This document shows positions 37,281 to 48,048 of a DNA stretch of 64,000 nucleotides, in pieces. The notes beneath the pieces are model-generated. The model did no database searches. It was not told the DNA's origin and saw only the letters and a list, made by a program, of their open reading frames with translations. This DNA is from Nitrososphaeria archaeon (lineage in GTDB: Archaea; Thermoproteota; Nitrososphaeria; Nitrososphaerales; JAAOZN01), in contig JARVJZ010000005.1 in NCBI GenBank assembly GCA_029775855.1, forward strand, positions 1-64,000, read 5' to 3'. Made by a program: the position numbers and the translations under genes. Positions within the stretch are counted from its first letter, which is position 1, and each line of letters opens with the position of its first letter.

Positions 37281-39155
37281 TTATCTATAGGCTGGGACGA
37301 ATATGACGCCAACTTCTCTTAACGTGTAGCTTATAAGTGATGTTATGATTGTTGTGTGTAATAGGGTTGCTGATACTTTGCTAAGCATCCCTGAACCAAT
37401 ATATGTTGTTAGTGTATTAACTATTATTTCTGTACCGAATGCTGCTAGTATGTGGAATGGTATGATGTATATAAATCTTGCTTGATACAGATTTGGTAGG
37501 GTCGAGTTTGTGAAGAGTGCGCTTGTTGTGCATACTATTGTTAGTGCTAGTAGGGTTGTGAAGAATCTATTATTGCTAGAAGCTATATAGAAGAGGCCTA
37601 TAATGGCTAATATGATGGCTAGTGGGTTTGAGTATGCTCCTCCTATGAATGTTGTGAATGTTGCGTTTAAATTTTGAACAACTGAAGTTATATTTGCTGG
37701 TGTGACAAGTGGTGCGATTTCCAGAATTGCTGCAGCTGTTGTCTTGTTTCCTAAGAATAGGCTCCTAACGGCCTCGCCAACTATGTTTATTCCGATTAGC
37801 GCTGCTGAAAACTTAACTTCCCTTAACAGTAGATTTCTTCTAAGAATGGTTATTATGGGAATGAGTGCAAATGCTACCATGAGAATGGTCCAGGTTGCAG
37901 GGTGTGTGTATAACACGGCAAGCGTTAAGGCTGATGCGCTAATCAAATGTTTCCTACAACCTTTTTCTAACCCCTTTATGTATTGTGTTAGGGCTAGATT
38001 CACTTCTACTAAAGCAAGGAGGTTTGTATAGAAGCCTGCGTTTACTCCAGCTATAGCTTGGAATGAGAGCGGCGTGTACATTGCTGCAAGCAACGCTAGT
38101 CGCTTACTGTGTATCGACACCAAGCAGTATGTTGATATGCTCAGCAGTGAGATCAGTATTGATGGCATTATCCTTATAGTGAGGTCTACATTGAGTAGTG
38201 AAGCAATTCCTTGTTGAAATAATATGTAGATGGGTCTATCCGTTCTTAGAGACTCTGAGATTAGTGATTGTGTATCCAGGCTGCTGTAGGTTTCCATATA
38301 ACTGTAGTATAAACGTGAGTCAACACCTACTAACATTGAAGTAGGGTTTAAAGTTGGTAAGTAAGGGTAGATACCAACATACACCGATAGCAGTACTGAG
38401 ACAAGCAAAAGTATCTTTTCTCTAAACCCCTTGATAGTCTCGTCATTAGAGTCAGCTACTAAAGTCCTCCTCCAAAAAGCTAATCTAACAACCCATATCA
38501 CAGCGAAGATTAGGAACAGCCTTGGGGTGAGGGGTCGGAGTGCATTTGATAGCTGGAAGTCTGTGAACGAGAAGATCCAGCTTATGTCTGAAAAGGGCGG
38601 TGAACCGTCTATACCATTCGCAAGCCATCTTAGGGCTGAAGGTAAGGTTATTGAAGCTGTGAATATGAGCCAAAGGGATGTAGCGATGCCTAGGATTCTC
38701 CTCCTCAAAGGCACATCTGATCTCGATATTGTACCATAAAGTAGTATGGCTGAAGCGACCATAACCCCAAGCAAAGCTACATTTGCTATGAGGTAGAGGG
38801 CTGCAGAGCATATTAGCAGGATAAGAGCTGCTTTATTTAGTAAACGCCGTGGGGTATCCAATCTATAAGAGAGTAGGGCTGTAGAAACAAGGCTTGCGAG
38901 CCAAACCGCTAAGTCGAATTCTGGAGTTATGAGGTGGATATCGATTAAGTAGCGGATTAACCCTACACCCCTAACCAGCGCATAGAAGCTTGAGCCATTG
39001 AAGAAGTGGATGGCACTGAGCCATATGAGGAACGATGCTGAAATCGTCTGTGCCAAAATCTTTGGCTCTACATAAAGTTTATCTCGAAGTAGGTTATGCA
39101 AGCTTTTTAATTCACTATTCTCTTTCACACTACTTTCTACGACTACAATCAGCAC
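37281..39155 (-). CDS. Polytopic membrane protein, possible GT-C fold glycosyltransferase
   Basis: Many TM segments; VGVDSRLY loop Asp, DRP.Y, LYTHP.TW, RFIYIIP. Confidence 0.65.
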   Translation of the reverse strand: MLIVVVESSVKENSELKSLHNLLRDKLYVEPKILAQTISASFLIWLSAIHFFNGSSFYALVRGVGLIRYLIDIHLITPEFDLAVWLASLVSTALLSYRLDTPRRLLNKAALILLICSAALYLIANVALLGVMVASAILLYGTISRSDVPLRRRILGIATSLWLIFTASITLPSALRWLANGIDGSPPFSDISWIFSFTDFQLSNALRPLTPRLFLIFAVIWVVRLAFWRRTLVADSNDETIKGFREKILLLVSVLLSVYVGIYPYLPTLNPTSMLVGVDSRLYYSYMETYSSLDTQSLISESLRTDRPIYILFQQGIASLLNVDLTIRIMPSILISLLSISTYCLVSIHSKRLALLAAMYTPLSFQAIAGVNAGFYTNLLALVEVNLALTQYIKGLEKGCRKHLISASALTLAVLYTHPATWTILMVAFALIPIITILRRNLLLREVKFSAALIGINIVGEAVRSLFLGNKTTAAAILEIAPLVTPANITSVVQNLNATFTTFIGGAYSNPLAIILAIIGLFYIASSNNRFFTTLLALTIVCTTSALFTNSTLPNLYQARFIYIIPFHILAAFGTEIIVNTLTTYIGSGMLSKVSATLLHTTIITSLISYTLREVGVIFVPAYR

Positions 39156-39301
39156 GTTTAAAGCATTGCTGCGATGGGACTAACGAGACAATGAGTAATA
39201 GGTTTATTTGTTGTAGCAATCATTTGTTTAAGGGTCCTTAAAAGTTAAATTTGCATAGCTAGTTGCAACGCCATGAAGAAGAATGCCTTTTATAGAGACT
39301 T

Positions 39302-40201
39302 CTATTTTTTGCTAGAAGGGGCCATAACTGATTCTATGTACCTCTTTAAGCCTTCACTAAACTCTACTTTAGGCTCCCATCCAAATAACTTTTTAGCCTT
39401 ATCTATACTTACAACAACTCCTTTGAAGTCTCCAGGTCTCGGAGGTTCATAATTAACTTTTAGTTCTCCGAATGTCTTCTTTAATTCTTTAATTATTCTA
39501 TTTATTGTTATAAATTCTTTACCAGCCAGATTTACTATTTGATTTTTACCATTATTGTGCATTGCAGCAATGCAACCATCAGACAGATCAGATATATTTA
39601 TGAAGCATCTACCTTGCTCCCCATCACCATATATTGTTATACTTTCTCTGTTTATAGCTCTCTTAACGAAGATAGCGATAGCCATATTCGCTCTCATTCT
39701 CTCACCATATGGAATGTCAAACCTTAGTATCGTATAAGGTATCCCAAAATGCTTATTCCAGGCAATAAGTAGATTTTCTTGCCCTATCTTAGAAGCTGTA
39801 TATAGATGATCCGGAGGGGGTATAGGTGTCTCTTCCGTAACAATACCCTCAGCCCTGTTGTAGACCCAAGTCGTAGAAGCTAATATGACCCTAGTTACTT
39901 CAAATGAATGAGCTGCTCTTAATAGATTTAGTGTTCCAACTTCATTTACCTGCAAACATAGTTCAGGCCTTGTTAGCGCTATGTTTACATCAGCTATGGC
40001 AGCTAGATGATACACATATTCAACATCCTTAAAGGCTTTAAATAGATCATCCATATTCAGTAGGTCTCCTTTTACCCACTCAACATCTGACCGATGTGGC
40101 TCTGCCAAATCGAACACTCTTACTGTATATCCTTTCTCACATAACTTATCTACTATGTGGCTGCCTATAAAACCCGCGCCGCCAGTAACTAAGATGACCA
40201 T
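39302..40201 (-). CDS. NAD-dependent epimerase/dehydratase (extended SDR)
   Basis: TGGAGFIG, HLAA, YTASK, GDGEQGR.F, RPGD. Confidence 0.9.
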   Translation of the reverse strand: MVILVTGGAGFIGSHIVDKLCEKGYTVRVFDLAEPHRSDVEWVKGDLLNMDDLFKAFKDVEYVYHLAAIADVNIALTRPELCLQVNEVGTLNLLRAAHSFEVTRVILASTTWVYNRAEGIVTEETPIPPPDHLYTASKIGQENLLIAWNKHFGIPYTILRFDIPYGERMRANMAIAIFVKRAINRESITIYGDGEQGRCFINISDLSDGCIAAMHNNGKNQIVNLAGKEFITINRIIKELKKTFGELKVNYEPPRPGDFKGVVVSIDKAKKLFGWEPKVEFSEGLKRYIESVMAPSSKK

Positions 40202-40204
40202 TAT

Positions 40205-41359
40205 CTAAACCTCCGCTAACGCTTCCTTGAATTTTGCAACTACATATTCAGCGTCTTCGATGCTCATGTCCGGGTAGATCGGTGGGCATATCATTCTCCT
40301 ACATATGTCTTCTGCTATAGGGTAGTCTCCTTTTTTAGTGCTTAACAATCTTTGATAAAGTGGTTGCAGATGTAAGGGTGGCCAATACACTTCACCACCA
40401 CATCTTACACCTTTTTCCTTAAGCTTTTCTTTCAGTACATCTCTATCATAGCCGTCTTCTGCTACTAGTACGTACTTATAGTAGTTATTGCGAAGATTTA
40501 AGGGTGTAAATATGGGAGTTAAAGCTTTTAGTTTACTGAATTCTCTGTCATAAACTCTTGCAATCGCATTTCTTTTGTCAATTATTTCATTTAACCTTCT
40601 GAGTTGAATAATACCTATAGCCGCGTTTATCTCATTCATCCTCCAATTATAACCTAGCTCTATGATGATGTTACTTCCAAAATTTTCTTTGCCTTGATCT
40701 CTTAAAACTCTGGCTCTTGTGTTTATATCATCGTCGTCCGTAGTAATTATGCCCCCTTCTGCAGTCGTTATAACTTTGGTCGGATAAAAGCTAAATGCTC
40801 CTACATCTCCTAAAGAACCAGCTGGTTCACCATCAATTGTGGAGCCGTGCGCGTGAGCAGCATCCTCTATTAAGAAGAGCTTATGATCTTCGCATATTTC
40901 TCTTATTTTTTTAATGTCTGGGCATACCAACCCTCCTATGTGAACAGCTATAATGCCCTTCGTCTTACTTGTAATCTTATTTTGAACATTCTCAGCATCC
41001 AAACATAATGTCTTGGGGTTTATGTCTGTAAAAACAGGCCTTCCACCAGCAAATATTACTGCAGCCGCTGTTGCGGTAAACGTGTTTGTTGGAATTAAAA
41101 CTTCATCACCTTCTTGCAACTTAAGACATCTAAGAGCTATTTCAAGAGCGGCAGTCCCAGAGCTAACTGCGATCGCATATTTTACTTTGTGAATCTTTGC
41201 AAACTCGTTCTCAAACTTTCGTGTATATTCATGCAAAGTTAGCATTCCAGATAATAAAATCTCTTCGATACTATTTTTTATATCCTCAATATCTTCTTTT
41301 TGAAAGTATGGTTTTACGGGAGGAATGATTCTCATCTGCATTGACTGCGCTTCAAACAT
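40205..41359 (-). CDS. DegT/DnrJ/EryC1/StrS PLP-dependent sugar aminotransferase
   Basis: SSGTAAL, TFTAT, EDAAHA.G, FSFYPTKVITTAEGG, GYNWRM. Confidence 0.93.
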   Translation of the reverse strand: MFEAQSMQMRIIPPVKPYFQKEDIEDIKNSIEEILLSGMLTLHEYTRKFENEFAKIHKVKYAIAVSSGTAALEIALRCLKLQEGDEVLIPTNTFTATAAAVIFAGGRPVFTDINPKTLCLDAENVQNKITSKTKGIIAVHIGGLVCPDIKKIREICEDHKLFLIEDAAHAHGSTIDGEPAGSLGDVGAFSFYPTKVITTAEGGIITTDDDDINTRARVLRDQGKENFGSNIIIELGYNWRMNEINAAIGIIQLRRLNEIIDKRNAIARVYDREFSKLKALTPIFTPLNLRNNYYKYVLVAEDGYDRDVLKEKLKEKGVRCGGEVYWPPLHLQPLYQRLLSTKKGDYPIAEDICRRMICPPIYPDMSIEDAEYVVAKFKEALAEV

Positions 41360-41823
41360 GTTATTTATAAACCTTGTGATAAATAAAAACCGCGAGAAGA
41401 TACTTAACTGACTAGGAGGTTTAAATTAACAATATGTTCGTTGATAAGATGCTCTACTCGAATGCTTACCTCAAACTTTAATATAGATGCAACATGAAGT
41501 ATTAGTTATCTCTTACCCGGATTACCCGTCTGTTAAAAGAGCGTGGGACTCTACACTAAATCTGTGGAAAGACTTCAGTAAAAACTTGGAGGACATATTA
41601 CAGAGTCATAATGGTAAAATCGTTGATTAAAAAACACATTTAAGAATAACGTAAGCCATTAACCGTAATGAATGTTAGACTTTAGCCAAACGATATAAAG
41701 AACGCCAGGAAACAGTATGGAATATAGAAAAGTCAAAAGCATGTCCGTAATAACGCGCTACAAGTTAATTTTGCGATAAAGCAGAGAATCTCTTTTCTAC
41801 ACGTGACTCATTTTGATATTTGC

Positions 41824-42756
41824 TCAAGGTTTGAGCAACTTCATTATCCTCCTCTCCATCCTTTTCAATAAGAGCAACATAGTGGCAGTTGAAAATCCTT
41901 GAAGACCAATAACTAAAAGAACTAAACCGAGCCATGCTAAGCCCAAAGACCAATATTTATCTCCAAAGATGTATCTAATGTAAAGTTGCCACAAGATGAT
42001 TACTAAACCTGGAATAGCTAAAACTGATGAGAAAGAGGATAGAAGAAATATGGGATTATATAACCACACCATTTTGAATATAGTTATCAAGATGCGAAAA
42101 CCGCTCTTTAAGCTAATCTTCTTCTTCCCAATTCTTCTCCTGTAAGTTATAGGAACTTCGGTTATTTTACCTAGGGAAATTAACTGAGCCACAATCTCAG
42201 CTTCGATATCAAAACTACTTGATGTTAACTCTAAAGTCTTAGCAGTTTCTACTTTAAGTAGATACATCCCACTACATGGGTCTCCAATCCTTTGGCCCAT
42301 AAGCAAGCTAAGAACTGTGCTGATTATGCGGTTCCCAATTCTGTGAAGAGCCGGAATGTTAGCCCTATTTTTCCTAAATCCTATCACTTCGTCATAATGT
42401 GGTATACGCTCTAACAATAAGGCTATGTCCTTTGGATCATATGTGTAGTCTGCATCCATAACTAACACATAAGGTGTTTTAACTAATTCTATAGCCATTC
42501 TTACCGCACTAGCTTTTCCAACACTGTTCTGTATAATCACGTTCACACCTTTTGATTTGGCAATTTCAACAGTCTTATCTGACGAGTGACCATCGATTAC
42601 TAGGATGTTGTTATAACCTTCGCCCTTAATTTCATCTATAACCTTACCTATTGCTTCTTCCTCGTTCAAAGTAGGTAAAACAATAGTAACAAAGTTCTTA
42701 AGCTCAGAACCTTTGGAGGAATCAAGGGCTGAATTATTCACAGATATACCGCTCAT
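41824..42756 (-). CDS. GT2 glycosyltransferase, Dol-P-sugar synthase-like, two C-terminal TM helices
   Basis: PTLNEE, DGHSSD.T, MDAD.TY, DPCSG, FDIEAE. Confidence 0.9.
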   Translation of the reverse strand: MSGISVNNSALDSSKGSELKNFVTIVLPTLNEEEAIGKVIDEIKGEGYNNILVIDGHSSDKTVEIAKSKGVNVIIQNSVGKASAVRMAIELVKTPYVLVMDADYTYDPKDIALLLERIPHYDEVIGFRKNRANIPALHRIGNRIISTVLSLLMGQRIGDPCSGMYLLKVETAKTLELTSSSFDIEAEIVAQLISLGKITEVPITYRRRIGKKKISLKSGFRILITIFKMVWLYNPIFLLSSFSSVLAIPGLVIILWQLYIRYIFGDKYWSLGLAWLGLVLLVIGLQGFSTATMLLLLKRMERRIMKLLKP

Positions 42757-42850
42757 GTACTAAAGTTCTATTTAGAGGTTCTTTTTTATTTGAACATTAA
42801 TCTCAGATAATAGGTAAGGTGTGAAAGGTTAGTTTGAAGATATTTACATA

Positions 42851-43510
42851 CTATCGTTTGTATTTGCTAACATAAAGAAGGAATCTTTCAGAAAGAAGAC
42901 GGAATCTGGCGCCATTGTAGATCTTGAAAGAAAGGTCAACAAAAGGTCGGAAGATTTGCTTCGGAGTGCGATAATATAGTGGATAAGTCGATTTACCTAA
43001 AACCGCAAATATCAAATATTTCAGAAAATGAAGTATCCAAAGTATAAGATTCTTAGGGTTAATGAGATTAATATGCTCTAATATTAGTATACCTCTAGAA
43101 ACTCTTATCATTTCAGAACAAACCCTAGTATAGTTAGGCACATACCAAAGGTTTCCTACATTTAAAACAGCATCAAATTGTCTCTCTTTAAACGGAAGAT
43201 ACTGCATATCAGCTAAAACGATTTGAATTTTTTCGATTAAATTATATAGTTTAACCCTTTCTTTTATCTTTTCCACCATTCTTTTATTCATATCTAAGGA
43301 AATAACCCTCACATTTTGGATATTTTTAGCTAATTGTAGTGAAAAGCGACCATTTCCTGCACCACAATCCAGAACAAAAGTTGGAGTGACTTGCGCTAAT
43401 AACTTGAAAGCTAAGCTCTCAAGAGGTGCAGATGGAGGCGGGTATCTAATCCACTTATCGATTTCCCTATCCAAGCTTGACAACTTATAAGACATAGACT
43501 TAATAATCAT
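42851..43510 (-). CDS. Class I SAM-dependent methyltransferase
   Basis: VLDCGAGNG, ADMQYLPF...FDAV. Confidence 0.85.
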   Translation of the reverse strand: MIIKSMSYKLSSLDREIDKWIRYPPPSAPLESLAFKLLAQVTPTFVLDCGAGNGRFSLQLAKNIQNVRVISLDMNKRMVEKIKERVKLYNLIEKIQIVLADMQYLPFKERQFDAVLNVGNLWYVPNYTRVCSEMIRVSRGILILEHINLINPKNLILWILHFLKYLIFAVLGKSTYPLYYRTPKQIFRPFVDLSFKIYNGARFRLLSERFLLYVSKYKR

Positions 43511-43517
43511 CTTTTTT

Positions 43518-46500
43518 CTAATACTTTGATTTCCTATAAAAAGAGACTATAATAAAAATAAGTCCCACCACAGTTATGTAGTTAAGAAGAACAAATTCTC
43601 TACTATCTAATATAGATCTTGGTATCCACCATTCATTCCAACTACTCTTAGCCAAAGAAATTGCTTTATATTCTCCTTTAATCAATAGCTCAGAAAGAAC
43701 AACCATAGAGTCGTCTGCTCCATCAATTATAAAATTCACGGGACCGTCTATGTAGAAAGGAGTATCTACAGCATTAATGCCCAAAGTCCAGTCTACCTGA
43801 ACTCTTTCAAATTCAGAATGAGTAGTACTAGAAACATTCACACGCGTGGCAATTATTCTAAGGTCCTGCGAAGGCAAAAATTCAATTTTGATATCTCCTC
43901 TGCTAATGTTAAAATTCATAGTTTTTTCATCGTGTAATATGGTAAGTCTCGCATACCCTTTGTCAAATATTCGGATTACGAGTGTAAATCCTTCAGGAAA
44001 GGTGATCGTGGAATATCTTCCTGTGTTTTCCGAAACAATGTTTATTCTAGAAGAAGTAATGATAGGCGTTGCGTTTTCACTTAATTCAAGACTTAGTAAC
44101 TTAATGTTTCTGAGGATATCCTCAGACTGGTTATTCTCACTTAGTGGGAGTTCTAAGTTAACGGCAAACTTGCTCATTGAAGGAATAAAGAAAGACTTCG
44201 GCATTAGCGTAGCGTTTGTAATTGAATTTAACCCAAATAACAACACCCTATCTGTTCCTCGAAGTTCATCTCTATATGGTAATATGACCTCTGTCGGAAT
44301 AGCTGGTGATATTAATTCATAATATGTGTTTGAACTTCGCGTCTGAAGTAGGTAATTAAGATACGGATAAAGCTCAACAAAATAAATAGTTCCGTTATAA
44401 AATTTTCCAGCAAATATATGGGAAGAAACTGCATTCCCATCATTAGAATAATAACTTATCGTATTAGATCTATTATTTAGCGACAAGAATATCGGAAGTT
44501 TAAGAGTATGTAGTGGTATAATCTTACCGTTAACAATAATGCCGTTAGCTGTTGTAGTCTGGTTGATATGAATAGCAAGTTCTTTGGCGAAAAATTTATG
44601 ACCTGATGCACCTTCTCCGTTTAAAATAATTAATTTCCCACCTTCTTTAATCCATTCTAGGATATTATCCTGTATGTAAGGTGGCGGATAAGCTTCTGAA
44701 AAGTCGTAGGGGGTAAGTAGTACCTTAACTTTATTTGTCTTCAATTTACTTAGAAACTCAAAATCTTCAGAATAATATGTTGTATAATTTAGATTTTTGA
44801 GTGAAAGTGCTTTAATAATAAAGCTATATGTTCTCTCTCGCGCTATTAATGGTTCACTAGTTCTGCCAATTACTCTTCCGTTGATTATTTTGCCGTTATT
44901 ATTGTAGCCGCTCATGTCTAAGGCGTCTCCAGAGTTAAAGTTGATATCCAAAATTAAGTCGCTTCTGTCAACTTCATAACCAAGCGCTCTACTTTTAATC
45001 TCTTCTAATGATAAACTCCTCTTATAAATCCTTACATCATCAACTTGGCCATAGAATGGATAATTGTTTTTTCCGCGCATGCCAATTTGTAGACTACCTT
45101 CGCAAACTACTTTTCCTTTAAAAAAGGATTTAGCCACTTCTTGACCATTCACATAAAGTTTGCCAACTGTACCATTATAAGTCAGCGCTATATGAAGCCA
45201 TTCATATAGGGGAACCGGCGTTGTAGACCATAAAACATGCTCAACCCTGTCTTCTGTAATTAGATTAAAATATAATCGTCCGTCATTTTTTATGTAGAAA
45301 TGTGAACTTATAAGTGGGAAATTACCAAATTCAAGAATACATCTCCAATCATCTTCGTTTCCTTCTATCTTTATCCAAACTTCCCAAGTCATACTTGTTT
45401 TTGCTTCGTTCAAGATTTCAGAAGGTGGAATGGCTATGTAGCTATCTCTGCCATTGAGTGAGACCGCAAAATCTTCTGTTTCTAGTGTAGTGGAGTGTTG
45501 TGGCTTTAAAACCGCTAATATCGAATTCGCAGTAGGCGGAGAGCTTTGAGGTATCTCAAGCAGAATAATGCGTTTATTTTCTATTTTGATAGGTAGAATA
45601 TTCATAAGTTCTGATAGTAATCCAACATTGGCTGGTAACCCACCGTTTATTTGGTTCTTATCAAGTAACAAATATTTTACTTCTTTACCTAGACTTGAGT
45701 ATATATTACGTCTGATTGTATCGAAGAATAATTCAGGATTTATTGTCATAAAGGGTCTAGCTAAAGTAGGGAGATCAAAGCCCACAGACTCATGCTCTGC
45801 GAACTGATATATGAATGAGTTCCAAGGCCATGGGGCTAAGATAACTTCGGTATGTTTTGTAAGATTTCTTATCTGATCTATAATTTCCATGTCATTTCCA
45901 GAAAGTACTTGACCAAGTCTTACATCAGATCCGTACCTAACCGAATAATATTCAAAGTATGCGCGTGCAAAAAGTAAGGTTGAAGAGATGCCGCTAATAA
46001 ACATCATAATTATAAAGAGAAAAGCAATTACCCCATGCCTCATTGATTTGTTTTGCTTTAAAGCAAGTGTTCTAATCAATTTTAGCGGCAAGATAGGTGA
46101 TAATATTGCCAAACCAATATTAACATGCATAGTAATACGAGCATCAGGAATAGGGCTTTCCCAGATTGAGTATATAAAAAGAAGGTCGGAGACCACTGCT
46201 ATAATAATCGGAGAAATCGCTAAGATAACACCGATAATTAACGCATTATAAGATATAAATTTTCTCATAAATAAAACAGTAATTAAAGCAAGCAAGAATA
46301 TTGTCCCAAATCTGAGGGGATAAATATACCAGGGGGTCATATATGAGGCTGCGCTCAATGTAAATTTGTCAGCGACGTTATTCCAAACAATAAATGAAAG
46401 CATATACAGATAAATCGTTAGAACCGTAAGAGATAGACGTAGCACATTAGACCTAGAAAGAGAAGTAAAAGTTTTTAAATATTTACTAAAATTAAATTTA

Positions 46501-48020
46501 GTTCTGATAAATAATAATATACTGCAAAATCCTACTACAGCAGCTATCCCTATTAACATATGGAAGAACTTACCACCCGCATATATTTCAAAAAACAGCT
46601 TCGGAGATGGTAAAGTCGAATAGGACATAAGGAAGAAGACTAACACTAATAGTATAGCGACAACAAACGAAATAAGGATGTCCCACGGCTTAGATAAATA
46701 TTTATTATAGAAAATGTACACAAAGAGAACTATGACAAATAAAAGAACAATCTCACTAAAATGTATGTAGATGCCAAGAGTAACAAACGCTGCGATCATT
46801 AAGATTCTAAGCAATCTTGATTGAAAATCTCGAAGCACTAAATAAAATGTCAAAAGTAGAATAAAAAGACCGAACTGTTGCGGATGAAGCCAAAAAGACA
46901 ATCCATGTACACCAGTAAAAACATCACCTAAAGATTGTGTCTGGTAAGTTGCTTCGTAGATGGGTATTCCACGTGTGAGATTTAGATAAATTGCATATAA
47001 TCCTCCAAAACCTGAAAATAGAGAGAAAACTATAGTCGCAACTATAGACTCTTCATTCTTAAGTAATAGTTTACTTACTAGGTAAAAAGACAAGATCGGA
47101 AGAACTAGAAGAGGATATAAAGCCATATATGAATTAAGAGAAGGAAGTCCAGACGAAAACAAAAATAGACCTGTAAACATGTATAATGCAATATAATTCC
47201 ATACACGGGGGATTAAAATATGTGCATTAATAGTTCTTAGAGTTTCTCCATAATGCCGCCAATGGTCATATCCAGCAACGAACCTATCAGGAAAGTGCAT
47301 TAGGAAAAACACCACAATATAGAATAAAACCAACGCACACATTATAACTAATGTGATTAGATCAGTTAATCTGAAGTTAGAATGACTTAAGGTTTCACGT
47401 CTATGATTCTTTATAAATCGGCAAAATACAGCCACAAACAGAGATAAATTTAAAATCAAAAGGTAGTAATAACTGTTTGTAAAATTACCTTGCATTAGTC
47501 CGATAAATCCTAGAAGTGTAGCCAGAAAGAGACTTAAACCAACAGATAGAATACCTTTCTCAAGGCGCGATAACTTATCATTCCTAGATACAAGAGTTAA
47601 TATGCCATAACCCGGATAAACGAAAACTACAAGAAAAGCTCCACACGCTTTAACCCAATTAAGTATCGGTATATCAGCCCAATTAATGAATGACTGTGTA
47701 GATATCGATGGTACTATTAACAAGACAACCATAAATATTGGCCATGTTAGTAACGAGACGTAATATATTCTACTGGAAATTCTCAATTCTGTAGAATTTT
47801 CAAACATGACTAGATAAAATAGAAAGTAAACAATGATAAATATCAAAAAGAAAGTAAGGATAAAAGGCATACTAAAAATATAGTATGTAGGCAATCCTGT
47901 AGTAAGTAACCAAAATGACACAAAACTAACTATAACAGAAGCTAAGCTAACCAAGAAAATGTTGAATAGTTTCTTAAAATTAGATATTTCGTTGTCTTTG
48001 GTCATTTCTACCAAGAGCAA
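43518..48020 (-). CDS. 1500-aa membrane protein: multi-TM N-terminal half, LamG/ConA-like domain, C-terminal TM
   Basis: ~690 aa of repeated hydrophobic helices; LNGRDSYI..TWEVWIK..WLHIALTYNG..KLYVNG..FYGQVDDVRIY.R.LS..EI LamG signature. Confidence 0.85.
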   Translation of the reverse strand: MLLVEMTKDNEISNFKKLFNIFLVSLASVIVSFVSFWLLTTGLPTYYIFSMPFILTFFLIFIIVYFLFYLVMFENSTELRISSRIYYVSLLTWPIFMVVLLIVPSISTQSFINWADIPILNWVKACGAFLVVFVYPGYGILTLVSRNDKLSRLEKGILSVGLSLFLATLLGFIGLMQGNFTNSYYYLLILNLSLFVAVFCRFIKNHRRETLSHSNFRLTDLITLVIMCALVLFYIVVFFLMHFPDRFVAGYDHWRHYGETLRTINAHILIPRVWNYIALYMFTGLFLFSSGLPSLNSYMALYPLLVLPILSFYLVSKLLLKNEESIVATIVFSLFSGFGGLYAIYLNLTRGIPIYEATYQTQSLGDVFTGVHGLSFWLHPQQFGLFILLLTFYLVLRDFQSRLLRILMIAAFVTLGIYIHFSEIVLLFVIVLFVYIFYNKYLSKPWDILISFVVAILLVLVFFLMSYSTLPSPKLFFEIYAGGKFFHMLIGIAAVVGFCSILLFIRTKFNFSKYLKTFTSLSRSNVLRLSLTVLTIYLYMLSFIVWNNVADKFTLSAASYMTPWYIYPLRFGTIFLLALITVLFMRKFISYNALIIGVILAISPIIIAVVSDLLFIYSIWESPIPDARITMHVNIGLAILSPILPLKLIRTLALKQNKSMRHGVIAFLFIIMMFISGISSTLLFARAYFEYYSVRYGSDVRLGQVLSGNDMEIIDQIRNLTKHTEVILAPWPWNSFIYQFAEHESVGFDLPTLARPFMTINPELFFDTIRRNIYSSLGKEVKYLLLDKNQINGGLPANVGLLSELMNILPIKIENKRIILLEIPQSSPPTANSILAVLKPQHSTTLETEDFAVSLNGRDSYIAIPPSEILNEAKTSMTWEVWIKIEGNEDDWRCILEFGNFPLISSHFYIKNDGRLYFNLITEDRVEHVLWSTTPVPLYEWLHIALTYNGTVGKLYVNGQEVAKSFFKGKVVCEGSLQIGMRGKNNYPFYGQVDDVRIYKRSLSLEEIKSRALGYEVDRSDLILDINFNSGDALDMSGYNNNGKIINGRVIGRTSEPLIARERTYSFIIKALSLKNLNYTTYYSEDFEFLSKLKTNKVKVLLTPYDFSEAYPPPYIQDNILEWIKEGGKLIILNGEGASGHKFFAKELAIHINQTTTANGIIVNGKIIPLHTLKLPIFLSLNNRSNTISYYSNDGNAVSSHIFAGKFYNGTIYFVELYPYLNYLLQTRSSNTYYELISPAIPTEVILPYRDELRGTDRVLLFGLNSITNATLMPKSFFIPSMSKFAVNLELPLSENNQSEDILRNIKLLSLELSENATPIITSSRINIVSENTGRYSTITFPEGFTLVIRIFDKGYARLTILHDEKTMNFNISRGDIKIEFLPSQDLRIIATRVNVSSTTHSEFERVQVDWTLGINAVDTPFYIDGPVNFIIDGADDSMVVLSELLIKGEYKAISLAKSSWNEWWIPRSILDSREFVLLNYITVVGLIFIIVSFYRKSKY

Positions 48021-48048
48021 GATGGCCTAATTAGTAATCATTTAATTT

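Noticed and set aside
41450-41760. Possible plus-strand gene remnant (VLVISYPDYPSVKRAWD...)
   Set aside because: Too short and interrupted to assign to a family
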